From: Eledone cirrhosa
Taxonomy: Eukaryota
NCBI GenBank assembly: GCA_964016885.1
Contig: OZ024763.1
Coordinates: 21,762,001-21,826,000, forward strand
Reading direction: 5' to 3'
Length of the DNA: 64,000 nt
How positions within the stretch are numbered: position 1 is the first letter of the stretch; every line of letters begins with the position of its first letter. A program made the translations under genes and the position numbers. Below, one piece after another: positions 29,902 to 42,654 of this stretch. Under the pieces are notes generated by a model. That model saw only the letters and a program-made list of their open reading frames with translations, had not been told where the DNA came from and did not search any database.

Positions 29902-30099
29902 AACTATATATATGTTGCTATACATTTATCCTGTCTGGCCTTGTTACAGCTGTAGCCAGCTATTGTCCCAAGGTCAGGTCTTTGGTGGTTTCAATATAAA
30001 CGACAGGTCAAGGTCATTGTAGGTAGGTTGTCAATGTTCAAAGAGAGAGATTTTAGTGGGGGGTCTGTGGAAGGGGGGTCTGTGTGGGGGAGATTGTGT

Positions 30100-30640
30100 G
30101 GTGTCTGTGTATGGTGTGCCTGTGTGTGTCTGCACAGGTGTGTGTGTGTGTATTAGCATGTATGTGCCTGCACACGTATATGTCTATGTGTGTGGACGTC
30201 TGTACATGTGTGTGTATGTGTGTATCTGTCCACACGTGTGTGTCTCTGTGTGTGGACGTCTGCACATGTGTGTGTATGTGTGTGTCTCTCCACATGTGTG
30301 TCTATGTGTGTGGATGTCGGCTCGTGTGTGTAGGTGTGTGTGTCTCCACACGTGTGTCTATGTGTGGACATCTGCACATGTGTGTGTATGTCCACACACG
30401 TGTTTATATGTGTGTGTATGTCCACACGTGTGTGTGTCTGCACATATGTGTGTCTATGTGTGTAGATATCTGCACATGAGCGTGTATATCCACACATGTT
30501 TGTATATGTGTGTGTGTGTATGTGGTGGATGTTTGCACACGTGTCTGTGTGTGTGGGCGTCTGCACATGTGTGTGTATGTCCATACATGTGTGTATATGT
30601 GTGTATGTGTGTGTCTCCTCACGTGTGTGTGTACATGTGT
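30100..30640 (+). repeat. Degenerate (TG)-rich repeat with cacatgtg/cacgtg cores
   Basis: Directly visible. Confidence 0.8.
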
Positions 30641-30717
30641 TCTTTTTATTTGTAGTATATTAACTTTACTAGTAGAAGCTCAACTGACTTTTTATCAGGA
30701 AATATCGATTTTTCTTT

Positions 30718-32910
30718 GACTATATACCACACTATATACACCACACTATATACCACACTGTATACACCACACTATATACCACACTGTATACACCACACTA
30801 TATAACACACTGTATACACCACACTATATAACACTGTATACACCACACTATATAACACTGTATACACCACACTATATAACACTGTATACACCACACTATA
30901 TACACCACACTATATACACCACACTATATACACCACACTATATACACCACACTATATACCACACTGTATACACCACACTATATACCACACTATATACACC
31001 ACACTATATACCACACTGTATACATCACACTATATAACACACTATATACACCACACTATATACCACACTGTATACACCACACTATATAACACACTGTATA
31101 CACCACACTATATAACACACTGTATACACCACACTATATAACACTGTATACACCACACTATATAACACTGTATACACCACACTATATAACACTGTATACA
31201 CCACACTATATACACCACACTATATACACCACACTATATACCACACTGTATACACCACACTATATACCACACTATATACACCACACTATATACCACACTG
31301 TATACACCACACTATATAACACACTATATACACCACACTATATACCACACTGTATACATCACACTATATAACACACTGTATACACCACACTATATAACAC
31401 ACTGTATATACCACACTATATAACACACTGTATACACCACACTATATAACACTGTATACACCACACTATATAACACTGTATACACCACACTATATAACAC
31501 TGTATACACCACACTATATAACACTGTATACACCACACTATATAACACACTGTATACACCACACTATATAACACACTGTATACACCACACTATATAACAG
31601 ACTGTATACACCACACTATATAACACTGTATACACCACACTATATAACACACTGTATATACCACACTATATAACACTGTATACACTACACTATATAACAC
31701 ACTGTATACACTACACTATATAACACACTGTATACACCACACTATATAACACACTGTATACACCACACTATATACCACTGTATACACCACACTATATAAC
31801 ACTGTATACACCACACTATATAACACACTATATACACCACACTATATAACACACTATATACACCACACTATATACCACACTGTATACACCACACTATATA
31901 CACCACACTATATAACACTGTATACACCACACTATATAACACACTGTATATACCACACTATATACCACACTATATAACACTGTATACACCACACTATATA
32001 CCACACTGTATACACCACACTATATACCACACTGTATACACCACACTATATAACACACTGTATACACCACACTATATAACACTGTATACACCACACTATA
32101 TACCACTGTATACACCACACTATATAACACTGTATACACCACACTATATACCACACTGTATACACCACACTATATACCACACTGTATACACCACACTATA
32201 TAACACACTGTATACACCACACTATATAACACACTGTATATACCACACTATATAACACACTGTATACACCACACTATATAACACTGTATACACCACACTA
32301 TATACCACTGTATACACCACACTATATAACACTGTATACACCACACTATATAACACACTGTATACACCACATTATATAACACACTGTATACACCACACTA
32401 TATATAACACTGTATACACCACACTATATAACACTATACACCACACTATATAACACACTATATACACCACACTATATAACACACTGTATACACCACACTA
32501 TATACCACACTGTATACACCACACTATATAACACACTGTATACATCACACTATATATAACACTGTATACACCAAACAATATAACACACTGTATACACCAC
32601 ACTATATAACACACTGTATACACCACACTATATATAACACTGTATACACCACACTATATAACACTATATACACCACACTATATAACACACTGTATACACC
32701 ACACTATATAACACACTGTATACACCACACTATATAACACTGTATACACCACACTATATAACACTGTATACACCACACTATATACCATACACTATATAGT
32801 ACACACTATATACACCACACACTATATACCATACACTATATAGTACACACTATATACCACACACTGTATAGTACACACTGTATACACCACACTATATACC
32901 ACACACTGTA
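30718..32910 (+). repeat. ~2.2-kb minisatellite of alternating 11-15-bp units (tatacaccacac-tatataacacac-tg)
   Basis: Directly visible; ~26-28-bp dimeric period. Confidence 0.95.
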
Positions 32911-32964
32911 TATCATATAAGGATATCAAAGATAAGGCAAAAACATAAGTGATATTGATCTTCT

Positions 32965-33015
<51 letters not shown>

Positions 33016-33099
33016 GTGTGTGTGGGTGTGTGTGTATACAGGTAGATGTATGTATATGTATACATATATAATATATATCTATATAATATATATATATAT

Positions 33100-33215
33100 A
33101 CCGAGGAGATGACGAAGTACCGTGACAAGTGGAGAGATGCTGTGCTGAATAGGACCTGTCCCACCCTTGCAAGCAGGGAAAAGCGGACGTAAAATGATGA
33201 TGATGATGATGATGA
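33100..33215 (+). mobile_element. RTE LINE extreme 3' end with (GAT)n tail
   Basis: Matches the ends of 39205-39383 and 40690-41075; inserted in (TA)n. Confidence 0.8.
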
Positions 33216-33959
33216 TATATATATATATATATATATATCATGGTTGAAAGGTACCAGGGGGATAGATATATAGATATCTTAGATAACTTTATATATGAAA
33301 GGTAGGTCATCGTATGTAAATCCCAGGTGTATGAAATTTCAGAAGTTTACAATGATCTCACTTAGCCTCATATTCTTAAGAACTTCCATTTAACCATCAA
33401 ATTGTTTCTGTAGCAATAATAGTGAGGACGTATCTAGAACTGTGTATATCCAGTATCTTATTTACAATAAGTATATTGTATTCTTGCTTATCAAAAAAGA
33501 GGATTATAAGCGGGGGTGGTAGAAACATTTCTGAATTGGGGTGGGGTTGGGTGGCAAATTTGATCAATTTAGTTGTAGTGGTTAGTTTAGCTCTTTGTAC
33601 TCTAAAGTGGTCAGAAAAGTTCAATATGCGATAAACATAACATGTACATAAATTGTAGCACATATACAAATAGATGTGTTTTGGTAGTTTGGGGAGAAAA
33701 ATATAATTATTATGGGGAGTGGGGCATGGTCCCTTTGCAAGTTCCACCCACCCCTGATAAGGGTAGGTATCAGAAAGTGGATCTAGCTGTAAAGAATTTG
33801 CCTGTAAAAAGAAACCCCCACCATTTAAAAATAATAGGGGATTATAAGGATTGGCATCAGAAAGGGGATCTAACTGTAAAGATAAAGAACTTGCCTGGAA
33901 AGAGGGGTTCTACAGCTATCAATGCCTGGGGCCCTCTCACCAAACTGTTTTATCCAGCT

Positions 33960-35450
33960 GACTGTTGGTACTTTATTTCATTGATCCTGGAAGGAAGAAA
34001 AGCAGGGTTGACCGCGGCAGGATTTGAACTCAGAAAATAAAGGGTCAAAAGTGTACTGTTAAGCATTTTTTTTATACCCTAACAACAATAAGATTTCTAA
34101 TTTAGGCACAAGGCCAACAATTTTTGGGGTGGGAAAAGTTTATTAAATTTACCCCAGTATATTACTGGTACGTTATTTTATTGACCATGTAAGGACAAAA
34201 GGCAAAACTCACCTCAGCGGTAAAATAATGGTTTCTGATTTAGGCACACGGCCAACAATTTGGGGGTACGGGGCAAGTCTATTAAGATGACCCCCTCACT
34301 CCACACCCCATCAAATACTTGTCAGATACTTTATTTTATTGACCTAGCAGGATTTGAACTCAGGTCATTAAGAATCATTTGCCTGTTGCTCTACCATATC
34401 TGCCATCCACCACTGATATCTTGACTATCATAATAATTTCAGCTGACTGAACATGTCAAACTTTTGTCATGTTCCTTTCTTTAAACACCAACAAAAATCC
34501 ACATTATGTGGCATTGTATTTGAGCAAGCACCTTGTATTTGTAAATCAGAGAGATTAAAAGTGCCAATCAAAAGATACTTGTCTGCTCCCCACCAAACCT
34601 CAGTTAATTCTTTGTGGCATGAATGTGTATTTACAAGAAGTAATTTAAGCTTTTTCTTACACATTCACTTTTCTAGCAGACTTAAGCTGACATTTAAGAA
34701 AGAAACTTTGAAATAGTAGAAGAGATTTTTCTTTCTTTCTCTTTCTACTCCCCCCCCCCCTTCTCCCCGTTTGTTTGATATTTCTTTTTTCTTTTTCTTT
34801 CTCAAATCTCACACTTGAAACATCTGTGTCTGTCTGGTGAGCTGTAACAGTAGAATGGATTAAATACTGACCAGTGTATGATTTTATATTATAAATAATA
34901 ATAATAATTGTTTCCACTTTTGGTACAAGGCCAGCAATTATCTCAGTGTATTACTGGTACTTTGATAATAATAATAATAATTGTTTCTACTTTTGGCACA
35001 AGGCCAGCAATTACCCCAGTGTATTACTGGTACTTTATTTTATCGACCCCGTAAGTTAACCTCGACGGGATTTGAACTCAGACCATAAAGGGCCGTAACT
35101 CTATGCTGCAAAGCATGGCGTCCGACCCTCTACCGATACTGCCAATCCACCGCCCTTATATTATAAATAATAATAATAATAATTGTTTGTACTTTTGGCA
35201 CAAGGCCAGCAATTATCCCAGTGTATTACTGGTACTTTAATGATAATAATAATAATGGTTTCTGATTTAGGCAGAAGGCCAGCAAATATTTTGGGGGAAG
35301 GCGAAAGTCAATTAATTTTACTGATGAAAGGCAAAGCTAACCTTGGCGGGATTTGAAACCAGGGCGTAAAGGGCCGTAACTCTATGCTACAAAGCATAGA
35401 GTCCGACCCTCCACTGATTACTGCCAATCAACTACATAATAATAAAAAAG
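33960..35450 (-). mobile_element. Clusters of Nin/Deu-domain SINE copies, minus strand (33960-34410 and 34900-35450)
   Basis: Reverse complements of the 27000-type unit (ttggcacaaggccagcaattaccccagtgtattactggtactttattttatcgacccc). Confidence 0.8.
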
Positions 35451-35464
35451 GGTTTCTCATTAGA

Positions 35465-35915
35465 TCGATAAAATAAAGTACCAGTAATGAAATGGGGTTG
35501 ATTTAATTAACTTCTCCCTCCCCCTCCCTAATTGCTAGAATTGTGCCTAAAACAGAAACTATTATTATTATTATAACCCTGCCTTGAGTTCAAATCCTGC
35601 CGGGGTTAATTTTGCCTTTCATCCTTACGGGGTCGATAAAATAAAGTACCAGTAATACACTGGGATAATTGCTGGCCTTGTGCCTAAAGTAGAAACAGTT
35701 ATTATAACCCTGACTAGGGTGGTGGATTGGCAGTATCGGTAGAGGGTCGGACGCCATGCTTTGCAGCATAGAGTTATGGCCCTTTACATTTCGAGTTCAA
35801 ATCCCACCAAGGTTAACTTTGCCTTTCATCCCTACGGGGTCGATAAAATAAAGTACCAGTAATGCACTGGGGTAATTGCTGGCCTTGTGCCAAATGTAGA
35901 AACAATTATTATTAT
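35465..35915 (+). mobile_element. Cluster of Nin/Deu-domain SINE copies, plus strand
   Basis: Same unit, abutting the minus-strand cluster. Confidence 0.8.
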
Positions 35916-36455
35916 AACCTTGACTGACCAGAGAGAAACTGATTGCTATGTATTTAAGTTTTTGGTGTGTGTGTGTGTCAGTGTGTGTGTGTGTAGCCAT
36001 ACTTATCTGTGTGTGTGTGTGTGTGTAGCCGTACTTATCTGTGTGTGTGTGTGTGTGTGTGTGTGTAAGTGTGTGTGTGTAGCAGTACTTATCTGTGAGT
36101 GTGTGTGTGTGTTGTGTCTCAGTGTGTGTATGTGTAGCAATAACTTATCTGTCTGTATGTGTGTGTGTATATGTGTGCATATGTGTAGCAGTAACTTACC
36201 TGTGAGTGTGTGTATATGTGTGCGTCAGTGTATGCGGATATGTGTGTGTGCGTGTCTGTGTGTGTGTCTGTGTGTATGTGTGTCTGTGTGTATGTGTGTG
36301 TCAGTGTATGTGGATATGTGAGTGCGTGTGTGTGTCAGTGTATATGTCTGTGTGTGTGTGTGTCTGTGTGTATGTGTGTGTCAGTGTATGTGGATATGTG
36401 AGTGCATGTGTGTATGTGTATATGTCTGTGTGTGTGTGTCTGTGTGTGTGAGTCA

Positions 36456-36494
<39 letters not shown>

Positions 36495-36812
36495 AGTAAC
36501 TTTACCAAATTAGCCAGATGTGGTCTTACATGATTCATCTGGTGTTAGCCAGATGAAATAAGTTAATTGTTTTCCAAAGATAACTGGAATTAGCCATTTC
36601 CTGTAGACCCTTTGATAGCTCCAAGGTTTTCAGTGGCTGGCTGGTTATTGGATTGGCTCTGTTGGTCTACCAGTATTTTACTGGAACTAAATTTAACCTA
36701 AACTGTAATATATCTGTGTGTTTGTGTGTGTGTGTGTGTGGGTGGCTGTGAGTTTATGTATGATATATATTTGTTTTGTGAGGTTTTTGATATGAAATCG
36801 TGTGTTGAAACA

Positions 36813-36952
36813 AATATTGTTATACTTGGGGAGGGTCATATTGTTGTAATATTGCCAGAAATAATAACAGAACATACTCACAGTGAGTGTGTTCTGGTAT
36901 TATTTCTGGCAATATTATTACAACAATATGACCCTCCCCAAGTATAACAATA
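36813..36952. repeat. ~140-bp near-perfect palindrome, probably a Penelope-like inverted end
   Basis: atattgttatacttggggagggtcatattgttgtaat..cagaac / gttctg..attacaacaatatgaccctccccaagtataacaatat; a single arm recurs at ~56960. Confidence 0.8.
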
Positions 36953-37885
36953 TATATATATGTATGTATGTTCTTCTAGTTTTATAATTTCACAAATTTT
37001 TGCCAATATAGAGAGACCCGGTTTCTAACATAGACACAAGACTCTCTCATTGGAATTTACACAACATCAACTAGGTAGATTATGTCTGCATGCATGTGTA
37101 GATATGGATGTTATTGTATGTGTGGATGTGGATGTTTTGAGTTGTATGTGTGCATGTGTATATGCTTAGTGTCTGTACATGTGTATATGCAGTTATTAGA
37201 TGCTAAATTGTGTATGTATTTATGTATGTATGCTTCCGTGCTGCGAGCGAGACATGGTCTCCCGACCATTACCGCATCAAATGGAACAATACCGTCTAAC
37301 CCATGCTAGCATGGAAGATGGACGTTAAACGATGATGATCATGATGATATATATATATATATGATTGCAATTAATGTGTGTGTGTGCGTATTTATATGTA
37401 TATATATATATATATAAAGAGAGAGAAAGACAGAAGATAATATATATATGTACATACTACATACATATATATGTGTAGGCGCCACGAAAAAGCACCCAGC
37501 ACTCACTGTAAATGAGGTTGGTGTTAGGAAGGGCATCCAGCTGTAGAAATCAAGCCAAATCAGTTCCTGTATGAGCAAGGCATGGTCAGCCGACCAGACA
37601 CTGCCCACAACAGGACAACCCGTCTAACCCATGCTAGCGTGGAAGAACGGACGTAAAACGGTGATGATGATGATATATATGTCTGTTGATTTGAATTTCA
37701 ATTAATGTAGACATAGACATTGTTCAACACTTGATGTGTTACTGTAAACACAGTCAAACCCTATTGTTACATAAGTATTGTGTAATCACCTGTGACTGAT
37801 TTATGACTGAAACATATGTAATGAAAATAAACATTAAATTGATATCTCATTCTCCATTTATATATATATATATATATATATATAA

Positions 37886-38205
37886 CTTAGTGGTTAGAGC
37901 ATTGGGCTTGCAATCGAAAGGTTGTGAGTTCAATTCTCAGACCGGGTGATGTGTTGTTTCCTTGAGCAAGACACTTTATTTCACATTGCTCCAGTTTACT
38001 CAGCTGTAGAAATGAGATGATAGGGACTGGGGTCCCTATCATTCCACTGCAAAGTGGTCGTGGAGGTGCCGTGGCAAAAAAGCACCCAGTACTCACTGTA
38101 AATGAGGTTGGTGTTAGGAAGGGCATCCAGCTGTAGAAATCAAGCCAGCATCAGTTCCCGTCCCACCCTTGCAAGCAGGGAAAATCGGACGTAAAGTGAA
38201 ATGAA
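37886..38205 (+). mobile_element. tRNA-derived SINE with RTE tail
   Basis: Near-identical to 2526-2860. Confidence 0.85.
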
Positions 38206-38330
38206 TGAAATATATGTATAGTATATTTGGCAATATACCGTATGTTTAATTAAAAACATTTAGAAGACCATACGCTATCGGTTTTAAAGTAGTGACTATG
38301 TCACTTATTTTCGGCGACAGAAGGGAGAGA

Positions 38331-38372
38331 AGCTGACAGTCTGTTTCACGCTGGTTGGCGTTCATCAGAGCC
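38331..38372 (-). ncRNA. Type I hammerhead ribozyme motif, GUC triplet
   Basis: Minus strand ggct-CTGATGA-ACGC-caacca-GCGT-GAAA-CAG-a-CTG-TC-agct; near-palindromic stem III of the kind seen in dimer-forming hammerheads. Confidence 0.8.
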
Positions 38373-38671
38373 ATGTACTCCCCTGCTTCCGCCGAAAATT
38401 ATAGAAGCTGGATTCTTATAGAATTCCAGTAATAATCAGGTGCTGATTATACAGAGCAATTGCCAGTCCAGCAAAAATTAGGTATTAGGATTGGTGCTCT
38501 GAAATAGCGATGTATACATGAATGAATGTATAGTATATTTGGCAATATACCGTATGTTATATATATATATACACATCGGAAAGGGCGAAGGCTTCAAAAA
38601 CATCATCTTTGTACATTCCCTTGTCATTTCAATTTGGATTGCCTCAGGAACCTAACCTTATTGTGTAAAAA

Positions 38672-38746
38672 GCTGTCTGATGAGATCAGGGCACTGGTTA
38701 CGCGGAGTCATGTGGCCACTGTTGTCATTGAAATATGTATCACAGC
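38672..38746 (+). ncRNA. Type I hammerhead ribozyme motif with extended stem II, AUC triplet
   Basis: gctgt-CTGATGA-GAT..(40 nt)..ATT-GAAA-TAtgTA-TC-acagc, followed by AATAAA at ~38753. Confidence 0.75.
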
Positions 38747-39382
38747 CTTATCAATAAATGACTTTAACATCTGAAACTACTTCGCATTTTCTTATTCTGT
38801 ATATATAAACTGATGATAATGATATATATATATATATATATATAAACGGAAAAAATGAAACGAAATTTCATTTCCCACTCTTAGTACGGCTGTTACTTAA
38901 ATATAAGTATGTACACGTACATACATATATGTATACAGACGTACAGTAGTATGTATATATATATACATACATGCACACATATATATATATGTACGTATGG
39001 ATTCACCAAACATTTATGATAATGCTCGGTGTGTTTGTAAACAAACATCCCGTATTAATCTTTACTGTTTTACATATATTTTCCATGCTAGCTTGGTTTA
39101 GGCAAGTTCTCATCTTATGAGACAAGTCAGATCAGATTACCAACTCTTGATCACACAAAACCGTTTCTGGCTGGTTTCTATGGCTGGATGCCTTTCCTAA
39201 TATATATCGCGGTAGACCACGAAAAACATGGGCGGAGGTGGTGAGAACAGACCTCAGATCATTGAAGCTCACGGCGGAGATGACGAGGGACCGTGACGAG
39301 TGGAGAGATGCTGTGCTGAATAAGACCCGTCCCACCCTTGCAAGCAGGGAAAAGCGGACGTAAAATGATGATGATGATGATG

Positions 39383-39418
<36 letters not shown>

Positions 39419-40032
39419 CATGTCTGATGTTTCTGAGAGTGCACAGGTGAAACTCCAGTGTAACAACTCTCACTGCTTAGCCACATTAGACAAGAGACAT
39501 ACACACACAGTGAAAGAGTGAAGAATAACATGGTCAGCTGTACAAAAAGGGTTTTATTTACAGTATTAACAATTGTTTCATTGATCAGGAGAGTCTAAAG
39601 GCTGCTGATCACTGAAAATTACATCACTTGACCTTAAATACAGTGTGTGTCTCTGATCAAATAATTGGAATACAATGCCATACGTTAAAACTACAGAGTA
39701 CTCACAACCTCTAACTGGTTTACCTAAAACGACAACTTGTTATCCCGTATATATATATTCATTTATTGTCTGGTAATGTCAATGATGGTTATGATAGTGA
39801 GAATGATGATGATGGTGTTGATAATGTGGGGTGATGGTGGCAGCGAGGATGATAATTAATTTATGATCTATTTGACAATTATATTTTTTATTTCAATTTA
39901 TTTTCATTATTTAATTTTTATTAATTGCTTATTATTTACTTTATTTTATTTTTCAATTGTTTAATGTTTATTTATATTTTCTGTTAATTAATTAATTAAT
40001 TAATTATATATATATATATTTGTCTATTTCAG

Positions 40033-40168
40033 ACCTCCCAGTGGGTCAATGTTGCTTTACAGCCGCAACAAGGTCCGCTATCGCAAAGATGGCTACTGCT
40101 GGAAGAAACGAAAAGATGGCAAAACAATTCGAGAGGATCATATGAAATTGAAAGTACAGGGACTTGAG
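40033..40168 (+). CDS. CAMTA: CAMTA coding exon, CG-1 domain part 2: (R)PPSGSMLLYSRNKVRYRKDGYCWKKRKDGKTIREDHMKLKVQGLE
   Basis: tatttcag| acceptor, GAG|gtgagt donor, 136 nt, phase 2 to 0, in frame with the previous exon. Carries the diagnostic YRKDGYCWKKRKDGKT.REDHMKLKVQG motif. Confidence 0.98.
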
Positions 40169-40211
40169 GTGAGTTGTCTTTCCTTGTCTCAAGCATCAAC
40201 AACAGTAATAT

Positions 40212-40248
<37 letters not shown>

Positions 40249-40689
40249 CCGACCTTACCCAATTACACCCCTCAAAGGCGATGACATATGACCGTGACCT
40301 CTGGCGTCACGCAATAAAACAGAAGACCCCCTCCCACGGATACAAGTGGTCGTGGAGGTGCCACAGCAAAAAAGCACCCAGCCACACTGTAAAGTGGACG
40401 TGTAGGCACCACGGAAAAAAGCACCCAGCACTCACTGTAAATGAGGTTGGTGTTAGGAAGGGCATCCATCTGTAGAAATCAAGCCAAATCAGTTCCTGTA
40501 TGAGCAAGGCATGGTCAGCCGACCAGACACTGCCCACAACAGGACAACCCGTCTAACCCATGCTAGTGTGGAAGAACGGACGTAAAACGATGATGATGAT
40601 GATATATATATATATATATATATATGAAGTGAGTTGTCTTTCCTTGTCTCAAGCATCAACAACAGTAATATATATATATATACATATAT

Positions 40690-41075
40690 ATGCGACGGCT
40701 GGAGATAAATGAAGCAAGCATGCTCGGTTGAATGTGCAATGTCAATGTGCGTGAACTACCAAGTATAGATGAGTTGAGAGAGAAACTGGGTATAAGAGGG
40801 CTAAGTTGTGGTGTGCGGGAGAGAAGACTAAGATGGTATGGACATGTGATGCGCATGTAGGATGACCGCTGGGTAAAGAAGTGCCAAGAAATCCCAGTAG
40901 AAGGAAGACCACGAAAAATATGGACGGAGGTGGTGAGAGCAGACCTCTGATCACTGCAGCTCACGGAGGAGATGATGAAAGACCGTGACAAGTGGAGAGA
41001 TGCTGTGCTGAATAGGACCCATCGTACCCTTGCAAGCAGGGAAGAGTGGATGTAAAATGATGATGATGATGATGT
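40690..41075 (+). mobile_element. RTE LINE 3' fragment (pseudo-ORF2) with (GAT)n tail
   Basis: Translates RRLEINEASML..IDELREKLGIRGL..RRLRWYGHVMRM*DDRWVKKC..VEGRPRKIWTEVV..DL with stops. Confidence 0.9.
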
Positions 41076-41194
41076 AAATATATATACATATATATATAAG
41101 GCAAACAGAAATAACAAAGCAAATGACACAGTAAAATGAAAAAATATATCATTAGTTTTACGCTTGATATAGTAGGAAAAGATATATATATGTG

Positions 41195-41239
<45 letters not shown>

Positions 41240-41241
<2 letters not shown>

Positions 41242-41610
41242 TAAATACCACTTTGGAAGAAGAATCAGGATGGAGAGAGAGGTGCTGTACCCCAGCAAGT
41301 TTTATGAAAGGTGGGTAAAAGTGGCGAGAATGGCCCGAGTGAATGGGCCTTCTCTCTATATCAGCCTGTAGGTTGAGGAAAAGGAGGAGGAGAGGAAAGG
41401 AGTACAAACTCTTCGTACTCCTGGAGATGACGGTTGCACATTTTTTTTCGGGGGTATGTGTTACCCATATAAACTGTCTCCCTCTATTGGGGAAAATCGA
41501 CTAACTTTTTAAATTCCATTTGTGATAACATTTTACACGTTTTTATTGTATGTAAACTTCCCCCTTTGTACTTGTCCCCTTCTTTTGAGCCCCTGTGGCT
41601 AATAAAGAAA
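41240..41610 (+). mobile_element. L1/Tx1-like LINE 3' end, second copy
   Basis: Homologous to ~9265-9656 (gaaaggtgggt; tgtggctaataaaga); sits within (TATC)n. Confidence 0.6.
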
Positions 41611-42654
41611 TATATCTATCTATCTATCTATCTATCTATATACATATATATATATATATATGTGTGTGTGTAGTAATGAGTAAATAATAATAATATTATA
41701 ATATTCGGTTTGTTTACAAGTAAACAGCCTCATAAAACACCACGTGGTAGATGACAATGTCATTCTTTGGTTCCACTGGTAGCCGAGAGAAAACAATAGA
41801 AAACTAATTGTTTAACGTCTTATCTTCCACGCTAGCATGGGTTAGACGGGAGTTGTGCCACTTGAGGCAAGATTGGTCGGGTGACCGTGTCTCGCTCGTA
41901 TGGGACTGTCTGGCAGGTTTTCTACAGCTGGATGCCCTTCCTAACACCAACCACATTTACAGTGTGGGGCTGGGAGGTTTTTACCGTGTTGCCTACACGG
42001 CCACATTACAGCGTGGACTGTCTGGTGGGTTTTCTACAGCTGGATGCCCTTCCTAACACCAACCACATTTACAGTGTGGGGCTGGGAGGTTTTAACCGTG
42101 TTACCTACACGGCCACATTACAGCATGGACTGTGTTTTTTTTTTTGTCGTGACACACGATCTCATTAGTTTGGACTAGATGTTGTGGTACCAACATAACT
42201 TTACAGAGAAAGGGTGGTGTTGACGGGAGTGGGGGTAGTGGGTTGGGGTGTGTTTGGTTTGGAGGGGCCTACTGACTGTGGGATGCCCTTCATAATTATT
42301 GTAGAAAATATATGACAAAAAAAATATATATATATATAGCAAATATACATGAAGCAAACAATCTCTAAATAGAGAAATATACAAAAGAAACAAAAAACAA
42401 AATGGGTATATCTGTTTTTCAATCTTAGTTCTATTTCCAACATAACAATATAGCTTTAAATACTTAATTTCGAATTCTCTCGTAATTTGCTACAACACAC
42501 GACCTTGAGCAGTAACATCACAAAAGATTTAACAACACTTGTCATGCAATGCTAGAGAAATTATTGAGTTCTTCCCGGAAGTAACGTCATTAGATATGGT
42601 TGTGTAAGTTGTCTGTAAATATACTGTGTACAACAGGATTATATTACTGGTATA

